46,125 nucleotides of DNA from Escherichia coli (lineage in GTDB: Bacteria > Pseudomonadota > Gammaproteobacteria > Enterobacterales > Enterobacteriaceae): assembly GCF_965641715.1 (NCBI RefSeq), contig NZ_OZ282456.1; one strand, given 5' to 3'. Below, in pieces: positions 1 to 7,553 of this stretch (the stretch's first letter is position 1; the number at the start of each line of letters is the position of its first letter). The position numbers and the translations under genes are program-made. The notes below the pieces were generated by a model, which was given only the letters and a program-made list of their open reading frames with translations, was not told the origin of the DNA and ran no database searches.

Positions 1-849
1 ATGGATAGACCAATGCAGTCTCTACGTTCAGCTTACGTTTGTAATTTGTCGCCGGAGTTCCAGCCTCCAAAGCACCATACGCACAAGCTGCCGCTGGTGT
101 TATCTGATGCTTTACAGCGCATTAATGGTCGTGATCTTACGTGTGAGGTTGCGTTCTACGTTAATCAACCGTCAGAGCGGAAGCGCCGGATAAACGAGCA
201 TCGTCGTCGGGCGATTAATGCTGTGATTGCTGCAATTTTGCACCATGTAAACATCATTTCTAAGCGGGTTCTGGCCAGTGCTGAGGCGTTGGCTGATTTT
301 TGCGGCCTGTCTACCGTATCCGAAGCTGGGAACAAGTCTATAACACGCTGTACAAGGGCGTTGTCGCAACTGAAAGCGTTAGGTTTTATTGATTATGAAC
401 GTCGCTGGGATCGGGTGAATAAACAGTATTGGCCAGCGAAAATAGAGATTCGTGATCAACTGCTGGAAACCGTTGGTATTACTGAACAAGCATGGAGACG
501 TGCGGTTAGCCAGAAACTTAATTACTTCAATGCGAAGAATAGCGAACGGCTTAAAAAAGCGATAACGGAGGCTGATTATAAGCGTATTGTTATTCAGGAG
601 CAGATGGAGAATGTATGGCGTCAGAGGAAGACGGCCAGAGAGATAAAGGCAAAACAGAAAGCAGCGGAGAGAGCTGCGCGTCTTGTTCGGGAAAAGGGAG
701 AGGCCGAACTTCGTCATCAAATCACTAGAGAGGTTAGCCAGGAATTTGCTGATGGCATGTATCCTGGAGCTGACCTTGCATATTTACGATCCCTCGTTGA
801 GCAGCGTTATAACAGGTTAAGAAAGACCTGGAAATCACTCCAGCATTAA
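1..849 (+). CDS. repA: Plasmid replication initiator RepA (IncFII RepA1-like)
   Basis: 282-aa ORF beginning at window position 1; central segment SITRCTRALSQLKALGFIDYERRWD resembles the IncFII RepA1 family as recalled; followed downstream by a DnaA box and AT-rich tract as in IncFII oriR. Confidence 0.7.
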   Translation: MDRPMQSLRSAYVCNLSPEFQPPKHHTHKLPLVLSDALQRINGRDLTCEVAFYVNQPSERKRRINEHRRRAINAVIAAILHHVNIISKRVLASAEALADFCGLSTVSEAGNKSITRCTRALSQLKALGFIDYERRWDRVNKQYWPAKIEIRDQLLETVGITEQAWRRAVSQKLNYFNAKNSERLKKAITEADYKRIVIQEQMENVWRQRKTAREIKAKQKAAERAARLVREKGEAELRHQITREVSQEFADGMYPGADLAYLRSLVEQRYNRLRKTWKSLQH

Positions 850-879
850 CCCACCTGAATGATGAATCCGGTTTTGCCG

Positions 880-1110
880 GAGGATTATCTACGTCGCAAT
901 AAAATAGCTGTTCAAAAAACAATCTAAATTAATTTTCTCTAAACCTGAACACAGTAAAAATATCGCCTTTACAGGCATCGGCTAATAAAGTTATCCACAG
1001 TTTTGATATGTATATGCAAATGGTTTTTTATAATAGATGCACTAAACAAATAAATGCAAAATCACTTTCTTTTATTAAGACTTTCTTTATTTAACTTACG
1101 CAGGCTTTGC
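880..1110. promoter_or_regulatory. Candidate replication origin (oriR-like): perfect DnaA box TTATCCACA at 991-999 plus AT-rich tract 1000-1100
   Basis: Exact DnaA-box consensus about 140 bp after the repA stop, followed by about 100 bp of AT-rich sequence; no ORF. Confidence 0.45.
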
Positions 1111-1492
1111 CTGTGAATATGTTCGCCCTTGCAGCGAGCTAAAGCTCGCGCCGGTTCGAGTCGCTACGCTCAAATATACCTCCCCCGGCACTTGCCGGAG
1201 GCATGGAGCAGCCTGATCATCCTTTTCGAAACGGCGCGTTTCGAACTATACAAAATCAATTTATATAAGGCCGAAATAAGGCCTACGGCCAGGCTTTGCA
1301 GGAGGAAGGGGCGAGCCTTATCAATAAACGTCGATAAATACGCACACAGTAGCCATCAGAACGCGATAAAACGTAAGAAACATCATTTCCTATTAGACAT
1401 AGAAAACTTGTCTTATACGCAATGTAGTAAATTTCTATTGCAACATAGGAAAAGATTTCCTACCATCGTAGATATAATAAATGGAGATGGTT

Positions 1493-1780
1493 ATGGATAA
1501 AGATACTGTTTTAAAAATGTTGAATCCGGCTTGTTTAAAAAAAGCGGATGAATGGGAATCTCCTACATGTGGAGAAGTTCGGGCAGTCATTGGCCTGACC
1601 GGAATGAGCGGCTCGCAGTTGGCCAAAAAACTAGGCTTAAAAGATAGTCGCAATGTTCGCAATTGGCAGATGTTAAAGGAGTCCACATCCAGATCCAGCA
1701 TTCCGTATGCAGCCTGGGCGCTGCTGTGTTACTTCGCTGGGTTAGGGTTAATCTTCATTGATAACAAAACAGATGTTTGA
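1493..1780 (+). CDS. Hypothetical protein with possible HTH and C-terminal hydrophobic segment
   Basis: ORF-track frame 1481-1780; ATG at 1493 preceded by GGAGATGG; no recognisable family. Confidence 0.3.
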   Translation: MDKDTVLKMLNPACLKKADEWESPTCGEVRAVIGLTGMSGSQLAKKLGLKDSRNVRNWQMLKESTSRSSIPYAAWALLCYFAGLGLIFIDNKTDV

Positions 1781-1803
1781 AACATGCAAATATGAGGTTT
1801 GTT

Positions 1804-2067
1804 ATGGAACTTGTACGCAAAACACGCAAAGAGTTCTTGGACCTGTATCGCATGGGAGCTTTCACTTGTGTTGTGGCTACCCAGGACGAAGTGACAAAAA
1901 GCTGGCGGCTTTTTGCTCTCAATAAAAAAGGGATTGCCGTTTTCATTGAAAAAGCCCGTGGTGGTATCCGCGAATGGGCGGGATTGAATTATGTGGCTGA
2001 TTTTTGCGCAGCTATGGGGATTCGTCGCTGGGAAGTCCATATGCCAGGAGTAAAGTCACAAAAATAG
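1804..2067 (+). CDS. Hypothetical protein
   Basis: ORF-track frame 1777-2067; ATG at 1804 preceded by GAGG; no recognisable family. Confidence 0.3.
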   Translation: MELVRKTRKEFLDLYRMGAFTCVVATQDEVTKSWRLFALNKKGIAVFIEKARGGIREWAGLNYVADFCAAMGIRRWEVHMPGVKSQK

Positions 2068-2256
2068 GGCTTTCGCGTCGAAAATGAGGCGAAACTGAAA
2101 ACGAGATTTCATTAACAAATAAGCAACATAAAAAACGGTGGAAAACGCCCAGGAAAACATGATCTTTTGAGCGGATTTTTTAGATCCGACAATGAACGGT
2201 GATCCGGTGGTGCCGATAACGTCCATTATGTTAAATAGCCCCGTTTTTCTTGAAAT

Positions 2257-2304
2257 TATAACTCACAGGTTATATAGTTAGTGATATAAACTACAGGTTA
2301 TAGG
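2257..2304 (+). promoter_or_regulatory. Tandem direct repeats (TATAACTCACAGGTTATATA / TATAAACTACAGGTTATAGG) upstream of the toxin-antitoxin operon; candidate autoregulatory operator
   Basis: Two about 20-bp direct repeats sharing the core ACAGGTTATA immediately 5' of the toxin start. Confidence 0.4.
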
Positions 2305-2311
2305 ATTGAGC

Positions 2312-2659
2312 ATGTGGACGGTACTTTTTAGCCAGCGATTTGACGACTGGCTAAATGAGCAAGAAGACGCTCTTCAGGAAAAGGTTTTGGCTGATTTGAA
2401 AAAGCTACAGGTTTACGGACCTGAGTTACCCAGGCCATATGCCGATACCGTAAAAGGTTCTCGGTACAAAAATATGAAAGAGCTTCGCGTTCAGTTTTCT
2501 GGCCGTCCGATAAGAGCCTTTTATGCGTTCGATCCGATTCGCCGGGCCATCGTTCTTTGTGCAGGAGACAAAAGTAACGATAAGCGGTTTTATGAAAAAC
2601 TGGTGCGTATAGCTGAGGATGAGTTTGCAGCACATCTGAACACACTGGAGAGCAAGTAA
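2312..2659 (+). CDS. Type II toxin, Gp49/HigB-like (RelE/ParE superfamily)
   Basis: Motifs FDDWL...GP.L.RPYADTVKGS...NMKELR...RAFYAFDP.RRAIVL.AGDKS...RFY match the Gp49-like toxin family pattern as recalled; ATG at 2312 with AGGA upstream (track uses TTG at 2306). Confidence 0.65.
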   Translation: MWTVLFSQRFDDWLNEQEDALQEKVLADLKKLQVYGPELPRPYADTVKGSRYKNMKELRVQFSGRPIRAFYAFDPIRRAIVLCAGDKSNDKRFYEKLVRIAEDEFAAHLNTLESK

Positions 2660-2958
2660 TGAGAACATTAGATGAGGCGATTGCCAGCCGTTCACCGGAA
2701 AGCCAGGCGCGAATTAAAGAAATGGCAGATGAGATGATTCTTGAGGTCGGCTTGCAGATGATGCGTGAAGAACTCCAGTTATCACAAAAACAGGTTGCTG
2801 AGGCGATGGGTATAAGCCAGCCAGCAGTAACAAAGCTGGAGCAGCGCGGAAATGATTTAAAGCTGGCGACATTAAAGCGTTACGTTGAAGCTATGGGAGG
2901 CAAATTAAGCCTGGATGTTGAGCTTCCCACAGGAAAACGAATAGCGTTTAACATCTGA
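2659..2958 (+). CDS. HTH (XRE-type) antitoxin / transcriptional regulator (HigA-like)
   Basis: Start overlaps the toxin stop (TAATG); HTH segment LSQKQVAEAMGISQPAVTKLE; toxin-upstream HigBA-like order. Confidence 0.6.
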   Translation: MRTLDEAIASRSPESQARIKEMADEMILEVGLQMMREELQLSQKQVAEAMGISQPAVTKLEQRGNDLKLATLKRYVEAMGGKLSLDVELPTGKRIAFNI

Positions 2959-2972
2959 TCAGAACGAATGAT

Positions 2973-3000
2973 AAGCCCCTGTTGCAAAGGGGCTTTTTTG
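2973..3000 (+). terminator. Rho-independent terminator
   Basis: Perfect 8-bp stem AAGCCCCT / AGGGGCTT with 7-nt loop followed by a T-run. Confidence 0.6.
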
Positions 3001-3003
3001 TGC

Positions 3004-3113
3004 TTATATAATTATAGATTTATATAAAAAGTGCTTTACAGGTGGGAAAAAATTTCCTATGGTTATACCCGAAACCGAGCGATACCCGCCCTGGTTAAAC
3101 CGGAGATAACCCG
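3004..3113 (+). promoter_or_regulatory. Copy A of a triplicated ~110-bp promoter-leader element (AT-rich box, -35 TTTACA at 3035-3040, 17-bp spacer, -10 TATGGT at 3058-3063, leader with GGAG)
   Basis: Near-identical to 12067-12175 and 16786-16895; each copy ends at an ATG. Confidence 0.55.
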
Positions 3114-3494
3114 ATGAGCATGATTAAAATCCGCAAAAACGCTTTCCTTAAAATTCAAACTATCCTGGCTGGTTCTGTTGGCGTGATTTGCCGTTCTTCC
3201 TCAAGCCGCATCGATGACTGCTACGATGATGAGTATCGTGTGTCCTCATGCGATGAGGCTTTAACCTGGCTGAAGGAGAATCAGGAACGTGCCCAGGTAT
3301 ATCTGGAAACAGAGAACGGCAATCAGATGCTGCGTATTAGCGGTCGTTATGGATTTGAAACTACATTCATGGCCTATTTTAATCAGGCTTACTTTGACAA
3401 GGAGTTGGCCTGGTACACTGATCGCATGAGCAAAAGCGAGCCAGCCCCGATTACACCGCCGAACAATAAACCATTTTTATTCCTCGTTAAGTAA
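3114..3494 (+). CDS. Hypothetical protein (driven by promoter-leader copy A)
   Basis: 126-aa ORF directly after the conserved leader and Shine-Dalgarno. Confidence 0.45.
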   Translation: MSMIKIRKNAFLKIQTILAGSVGVICRSSSSRIDDCYDDEYRVSSCDEALTWLKENQERAQVYLETENGNQMLRISGRYGFETTFMAYFNQAYFDKELAWYTDRMSKSEPAPITPPNNKPFLFLVK

Positions 3495-3502
3495 ACACAA
3501 TG

Positions 3503-3529
3503 CGCAAAGTGTCATTTTGACACTTTGCG
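3503..3529. promoter_or_regulatory. 27-bp perfect palindrome CGCAAAGTGTCA-TTT-TGACACTTTGCG; candidate operator
   Basis: 12-bp perfect inverted arms around a 3-bp centre, 29 bp upstream of an HTH regulator ATG; half-site copy AAAGTGTCATTTTGA at 12006-12020. Confidence 0.45.
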
Positions 3530-3557
3530 AGTGTTAATATTGTGCGAGGAGGGTGCT

Positions 3558-3830
3558 ATGACGGGTTATGAATTGAAATTATGGCGTCGTGGGATGAACT
3601 GGACGCAGGAGCGAGCCGCCGAAGAATTTGGGATATCGTTGGCTACATATAAGCGATATGAGAAGGGGGAGCCGCCGAGGGTCATTGAGATGGCCATTCG
3701 CGTTCTGTCGTTTGACGATATGGTGAAGGATCTTTCACACCTTGATAAAGATGCGATTCTGTTAAGGCTGCAAACCCTTGTATGGGAAAAGGTTAAAGTG
3801 TCGGCAGAATTGGAACAAGGGATCAAATGA
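3558..3830 (+). CDS. HTH (XRE-like) transcriptional regulator
   Basis: ATG at 3558 with GAGGAGGG upstream; HTH segment WTQERAAEEFGISLATYKRYEKGE; the track TTG start at 3525 lies inside the palindrome. Confidence 0.5.
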   Translation: MTGYELKLWRRGMNWTQERAAEEFGISLATYKRYEKGEPPRVIEMAIRVLSFDDMVKDLSHLDKDAILLRLQTLVWEKVKVSAELEQGIK

Positions 3831-3882
3831 TCCTTTACGGATCGTTTTATGGTGGTGTAATGTAAGCGCCAGAAAGACAAAA

Positions 3883-3905
3883 ACCGCCTTGCCGGGCGGT
3901 TTTCA
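3883..3905 (+). terminator. Rho-independent terminator (possibly bidirectional)
   Basis: ACCGCC-TTGCCG-GGCGGT hairpin followed by TTTT, preceded by an A-run. Confidence 0.45.
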
Positions 3906-4600
3906 GTCTGAAATTTAAATCTTGCTTGGTAGGCTGGATTTAAAAAGACACCTCTTGATTGGGGCGGCTTTCTTGCGTCTAAAGATAATCAAATCTTTTT
4001 GCGCCTGCAACCCCTTTTTTACTGGTGCCCATTTCAGACTCACGCTCGCGTCGTTGTCTTTGCCACTTCGTTGGGTTCGGTGTTTTTGGGCGAAGTGGCG
4101 CGCGGGTATGCGTACAAGGGGAAAGTGTGCTGACGCAAGCCAGGAACAGCGATCTAAACTAAGTCGAGTCTGAGAAAGGCAGGAGTGCGACAACTCGCCT
4201 GTGCTCTATGAGCAGAAGAAGGTATATCAGACGACCAATGGCATGATTGTGGGCCACAGGGCGCACACGGCGGCGAAGCATTGGAAACGATGTGGAGCTA
4301 TCTGGTGGCATGAGTTCCGGTACTCTATCTCGAGCTTTTTTTGATGCTTTTGAGAAGGGGCCGGAACTCCGGTAAAGGGCACCCTGTATGGGGGGAGGGG
4401 GGGTTGTGTCTGAAGGGTGGTTATCGGTTATGGTGGAATTATGATGCGTAGAAAAGCGAGTTTGCTGCAAGCTATTGGGTCCATTATTTCTTTGTTTCCG
4501 GCAGTTGATCATTTTCGTCATATGGCGACACGTTCCAGTATGGGCTTGGCGCGTGACGCTGACGCTATTCGAAAGGATTTTCAGAAAGTCTCTGGTGTTG

Positions 4601-4635
4601 ATAAGAGAGAAAAGAGTAAGGGGCCGTAGCCCCTT
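4601..4635 (-). terminator. Rho-independent terminator of the antirepressor operon
   Basis: AAGGGGC-CGTA-GCCCCTT hairpin immediately after the antirepressor stop, followed on the minus strand by a T-rich run. Confidence 0.55.
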
Positions 4636-4639
4636 GTAG

Positions 4640-5782
4640 TTATGGTCTGCTTTTCTGTGCCAGCTTATCAGCACATGTTTTTATCAGATCCTGTAGTGTC
4701 CTGGCTGGCAGGTTTGCATCCAGTACGCTGAGTATGCTGTTGTGATCTGCTTGGTCTACTACTTTGCCTGTCGGTGGTAGTAGCTTGAGCTGAGGATTCA
4801 GGTTTTCGTCAAAGCTGATAAGTGCTCTGGCGTTTCTGAGCAGATCAAGAAGTAAGGCTGATATCACATTTTCCTGAGTCATTGCTGGCAGATTTAGCGC
4901 CGCTTTGGTTTTCCCTGTTGCCTTGTCAAACTCCTTGATTAGTTCCTTCCTATAGTTCGGTTCCGTTAATAGCCGATTATGCTCTGTTGCCGCGCGGATA
5001 ATCGTTTTTTCCTGGTACAGTCGTTTAGCCAGATCGCGCTCGTACTGTGTTTTTAACACGCTGCTGATAGCGTTAAAGGCTTCAATGTAGGCTAGCTTGA
5101 TATCCTTCACGCCTGGACCGTCGATACTTTCCATGAGCAAGGTAAATCCGTCTTTTGTCATGCGATAGATTGTTATTTCGCGGTCGCTTCCTTCCAACGG
5201 TCGTTGCTCTTTAAAGAAATGACGCGCCGCAGCTGTGCGAGGAATGCGTAACGCATCGATGGCCATAACGATGGAATTGTTTGTGGTGCTGAATGCCTGG
5301 GCTACATCGGCTGAGGTTGTGAGTGGCTCGTTGTTGCACACCTTAACGTAATACATTGGTTTGGCGTTGAGCGTATCGACAACCTCACGAGCATTGTTTG
5401 GCGAGACGGTAACGGTCGCGGCCGTTTGCGCGTTCTGGTTGAAATAGCAGTCTTCCAGTTTTTCGAACACATCCCAAGCCTGATCGGTTTCGAGCATTTT
5501 GGCGTGACGGGCTGCTCCGTGTTCGGTCCAGAGAATTAGGGAGCGGGCATTTTTACCAACTAACCCGATTGTTTCAGGTCTGTTCTTGAACTCGCGTAAT
5601 TCGTTTTTTTCAATTTTAAAGTAATGCTTTCCGGCTATGAATCGCGTCGTGTTGTTCAGAAAGTTATCAGAAATGTTTTTGATTTTTGTTCCGTATAACT
5701 GCGCCAGAAGTTCAGTTGTAATAACGGGGATCTGGTTATGCAAGATAGGCTGTAGGGTGTTAACGGTCGGAAGCGTTTTCAT
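4640..5782 (-). CDS. Phage antirepressor (Ant-like)
   Basis: 380-aa ORF; N-terminal region with ILWTEHGAARHAKMLETDQAWDVFEKLEDCYF resembles antirepressor N-terminal domains and the C-terminal part resembles KilA-C-type domains, by recall. Confidence 0.55.
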   Translation of the reverse strand: MKTLPTVNTLQPILHNQIPVITTELLAQLYGTKIKNISDNFLNNTTRFIAGKHYFKIEKNELREFKNRPETIGLVGKNARSLILWTEHGAARHAKMLETDQAWDVFEKLEDCYFNQNAQTAATVTVSPNNAREVVDTLNAKPMYYVKVCNNEPLTTSADVAQAFSTTNNSIVMAIDALRIPRTAAARHFFKEQRPLEGSDREITIYRMTKDGFTLLMESIDGPGVKDIKLAYIEAFNAISSVLKTQYERDLAKRLYQEKTIIRAATEHNRLLTEPNYRKELIKEFDKATGKTKAALNLPAMTQENVISALLLDLLRNARALISFDENLNPQLKLLPPTGKVVDQADHNSILSVLDANLPARTLQDLIKTCADKLAQKSRP

Positions 5783-5970
5783 TTTGCACCTCCCATAACT
5801 ACTTTGGTTACGAGGGAGATTTTTGCGTCAGAAACAGCGTTATCGTTGCTGGCGATGCGCATAGCTTCGCGCTCGATTATTTCAGCCAGGCGGAATTTAT
5901 CGGCGTATGAGGCTTTCTTGAGAAGGATCTTTACGAGGTTGACGTAATAGTCATGGGGTAAGTTTGTCAT
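5779..5970 (-). CDS. Small hypothetical protein co-transcribed with the antirepressor
   Basis: Internal ATG at 5970 has GGAG 8 nt upstream; stop overlaps the antirepressor start; the track start at 6006 has no SD. Confidence 0.4.
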   Translation of the reverse strand: MTNLPHDYYVNLVKILLKKASYADKFRLAEIIEREAMRIASNDNAVSDAKISLVTKVVMGGAK

Positions 5971-6130
5971 TGTGATATCTCCAATATATGGAACTATCAC
6001 CGCCATTCGAGGCTAATCAAATGGTGGTGAGCCGTACAGGGTTAGCCTTACCGGACACAATGACGAACCGGCGCGGATTTCTCCGCCCCTGTACGACCCA
6101 CCATAATTTGGGCGTAACAGTGCTCTACGC

Positions 6131-6157
6131 ATAAAAAAACCGCTAACGCGGTATGCG
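6131..6157 (-). terminator. Candidate intrinsic terminator (minus strand) in the antirepressor leader
   Basis: ACCGC-TAAC-GCGGT hairpin with a 7-A run on the plus strand (T7 on the minus strand). Confidence 0.35.
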
Positions 6158-6298
6158 CCATCGTGTTATTCAGGAGGCTAATCCCGACCGTAGATTTTGC
6201 TACGGCTCGGAAAGTGTCCACCAATGGCGCATTCATGTCAATACGGCGGGATTTTAACAGAGACAACCACATAGCGTGGGTTTATTGGTAGGCAGAAA

Positions 6299-6333
6299 CA
6301 AAAAAACCGCCCTATTGAGGACGGTTCTTTTGT
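6299..6333 (-). terminator. Intrinsic terminator (minus strand, possibly bidirectional) in the antirepressor leader
   Basis: 8-bp stem ACCGCCCT/AGGACGGT with one G-U pair, loop ATTG, flanked by an A-run on one side and TCTTTTGTG on the other. Confidence 0.5.
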
Positions 6334-6715
6334 GCTGATCGGATTCGCGGTCCTTTCAGCATAACGTCGTTGTGTAAACAACCACGCAAGCACAAGCGGC
6401 GTATCTATTCTTACTCAACTGAGGTGAATAGTCCACTATTCATATAAAGAAATTTAGTTCCTTAGTTCATGCAGAATGAAGTTTTTTAACTTCTTCGGAT
6501 GTAATTACATGTAATAAAAGCAATTGTTATTCCTTCATTATGAAGGCGAGGACGTGTAATATGGCTTGGGGCCTTTTCGCCGATTCGCACCCGGGCACCG
6601 ACTTTAAGGAAAGGATCATCCACTTGCCGTACACGCAAGCACAAGCGGAGTGCTTGCTCTCGCGTCATTTTCGTCGGTGGAGATGCCGTGAAACGGCCTG
6701 TAAGGGCCACACAAT

Positions 6716-6836
6716 GAAAAAATACTGTATGTGTATTTTTATCGTTGTTACTGGAGCTTTGTTTACGCCACATGGGGAGGGTTGGAAGATTACTGATAAC
6801 GCTCTGAATGTGACGATAAACATTAGCAGCAAGTAG
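6716..6836 (+). CDS. Candidate small hydrophobic peptide (40 aa)
   Basis: MKKYCMCIFIVVTGALFTPHGEGWKITDNALNVTINISSK; AAGGG upstream of the ATG; terminator immediately downstream. Confidence 0.2.
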
Positions 6837-6841
6837 CGATT

Positions 6842-6864
6842 AGGCCCCTTCGGGGGCCTTTTTT
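6842..6864 (+). terminator. Rho-independent terminator
   Basis: AGGCCCC-TTCG-GGGGCCT hairpin followed by TTTTTT. Confidence 0.55.
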
Positions 6865-6921
6865 ACTGCAACCTGCATTTGATAGCTGTTTACCATTGCA
6901 GTAGCTTATATACCGTAAGAG

Positions 6922-6934
6922 CCACAAGATGTGG
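6922..6934. promoter_or_regulatory. Operator-like inverted repeat CCAC-AAGAT-GTGG
   Basis: Same ACCAC-N5-GTGGT architecture as the three sites between the repressor and cro-like genes. Confidence 0.35.
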
Positions 6935-7012
6935 TTACGATTTCAATACGGGGTTGATATGAAAAAGCGGTATGACGAATTTGATGGTTTCTAAGAGACG
7001 TTGACCTCTAAT

Positions 7013-7037
7013 GAGGCGGGTTGGTTGCCCGCCTTTT
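7013..7037 (+). terminator. Rho-independent terminator
   Basis: GGCGGG-TTGGTTG-CCCGCC hairpin followed by TTTTTT. Confidence 0.5.
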
Positions 7038-7049
7038 TTATGGCTACAT

Positions 7050-7199
7050 TTAAACGCTGGAACGCATTAAACCTTTCAGAACTGCTTCACGTACCCATTC
7101 TGGCCTGGTTGATAGCAAGGCAAATAAACGCCCAGCTTTGAGTCGCTTGAGGTCTATTAGACGAGTTTTTAGTAACCGTGTATATTGTTGTTCGGACAT
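7050..7199 (-). CDS. Small hypothetical protein (49 aa) downstream of parG
   Basis: ATG at 7199 with GGGG 8-9 nt upstream; track frame 7050-7232. Confidence 0.25.
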   Translation of the reverse strand: MSEQQYTRLLKTRLIDLKRLKAGRLFALLSTRPEWVREAVLKGLMRSSV

Positions 7200-7261
7200 A
7201 ACAAATTCCCCTTGTTGTGTCGCGACGGCCAACAGTTGGCGCTGGAGGTCGTCACCTTCTC

Positions 7262-7510
7262 TTACTTCTGGTTGTATTGAGCCTTGAGTAACTCAAAAGA
7301 TTTTGTCAGCACTTCTTTCAATGACATATCCATTGAACTGGCGAACGTTTTGTACTCGCGTTTAAATTCAGGGTCGACGTTAAACGCCATTTGTGCCCCA
7401 CCTGATTTGGTTCTGGTTGGCGTTTCAGTCGGGTCGAAAACCTGCGGTTGTTCGATCGATGGCGGTACGCCTTTGCTGTTCTTCTTTGGTGGTTTTGATG
7501 GTGCGGCCAT
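7262..7510 (-). CDS. Partition protein, ParG-like ribbon-helix-helix centromere-binding protein
   Basis: 82 aa; disordered N-tail then FNVDPEFKREYKTFASSMDMSLKEVLTKSFELL, matching the RHH pattern of type Ib ParG; lies immediately downstream of parA. Confidence 0.5.
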   Translation of the reverse strand: MAAPSKPPKKNSKGVPPSIEQPQVFDPTETPTRTKSGGAQMAFNVDPEFKREYKTFASSMDMSLKEVLTKSFELLKAQYNQK

Positions 7511-7553
7511 GTGTATCCCCTCTTATATAAATCTATAAAACTATAATTATATA

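Noticed and set aside
1129-1500. 123-aa ORF next to the origin
   Set aside because: Arg/Lys-rich, low-complexity translation covering two palindromes and the origin-adjacent region; more likely non-coding regulatory DNA.
4159-4674. 171-aa minus-strand ORF and overlapping ORFs at 3915-4193 and 3922-4173
   Set aside because: Low-complexity, Pro/Ser/Thr/His-rich translations overlapping each other on both strands with no ribosome-binding sites; the region is more likely non-coding.
6486-6773. 95-aa minus-strand ORF and 98-aa plus-strand ORF (6540-6836) in the antirepressor leader
   Set aside because: Overlapping ORFs on opposite strands with no start context and odd composition; only the terminal 40-aa plus-strand segment has a plausible start and is kept as a low-confidence candidate.
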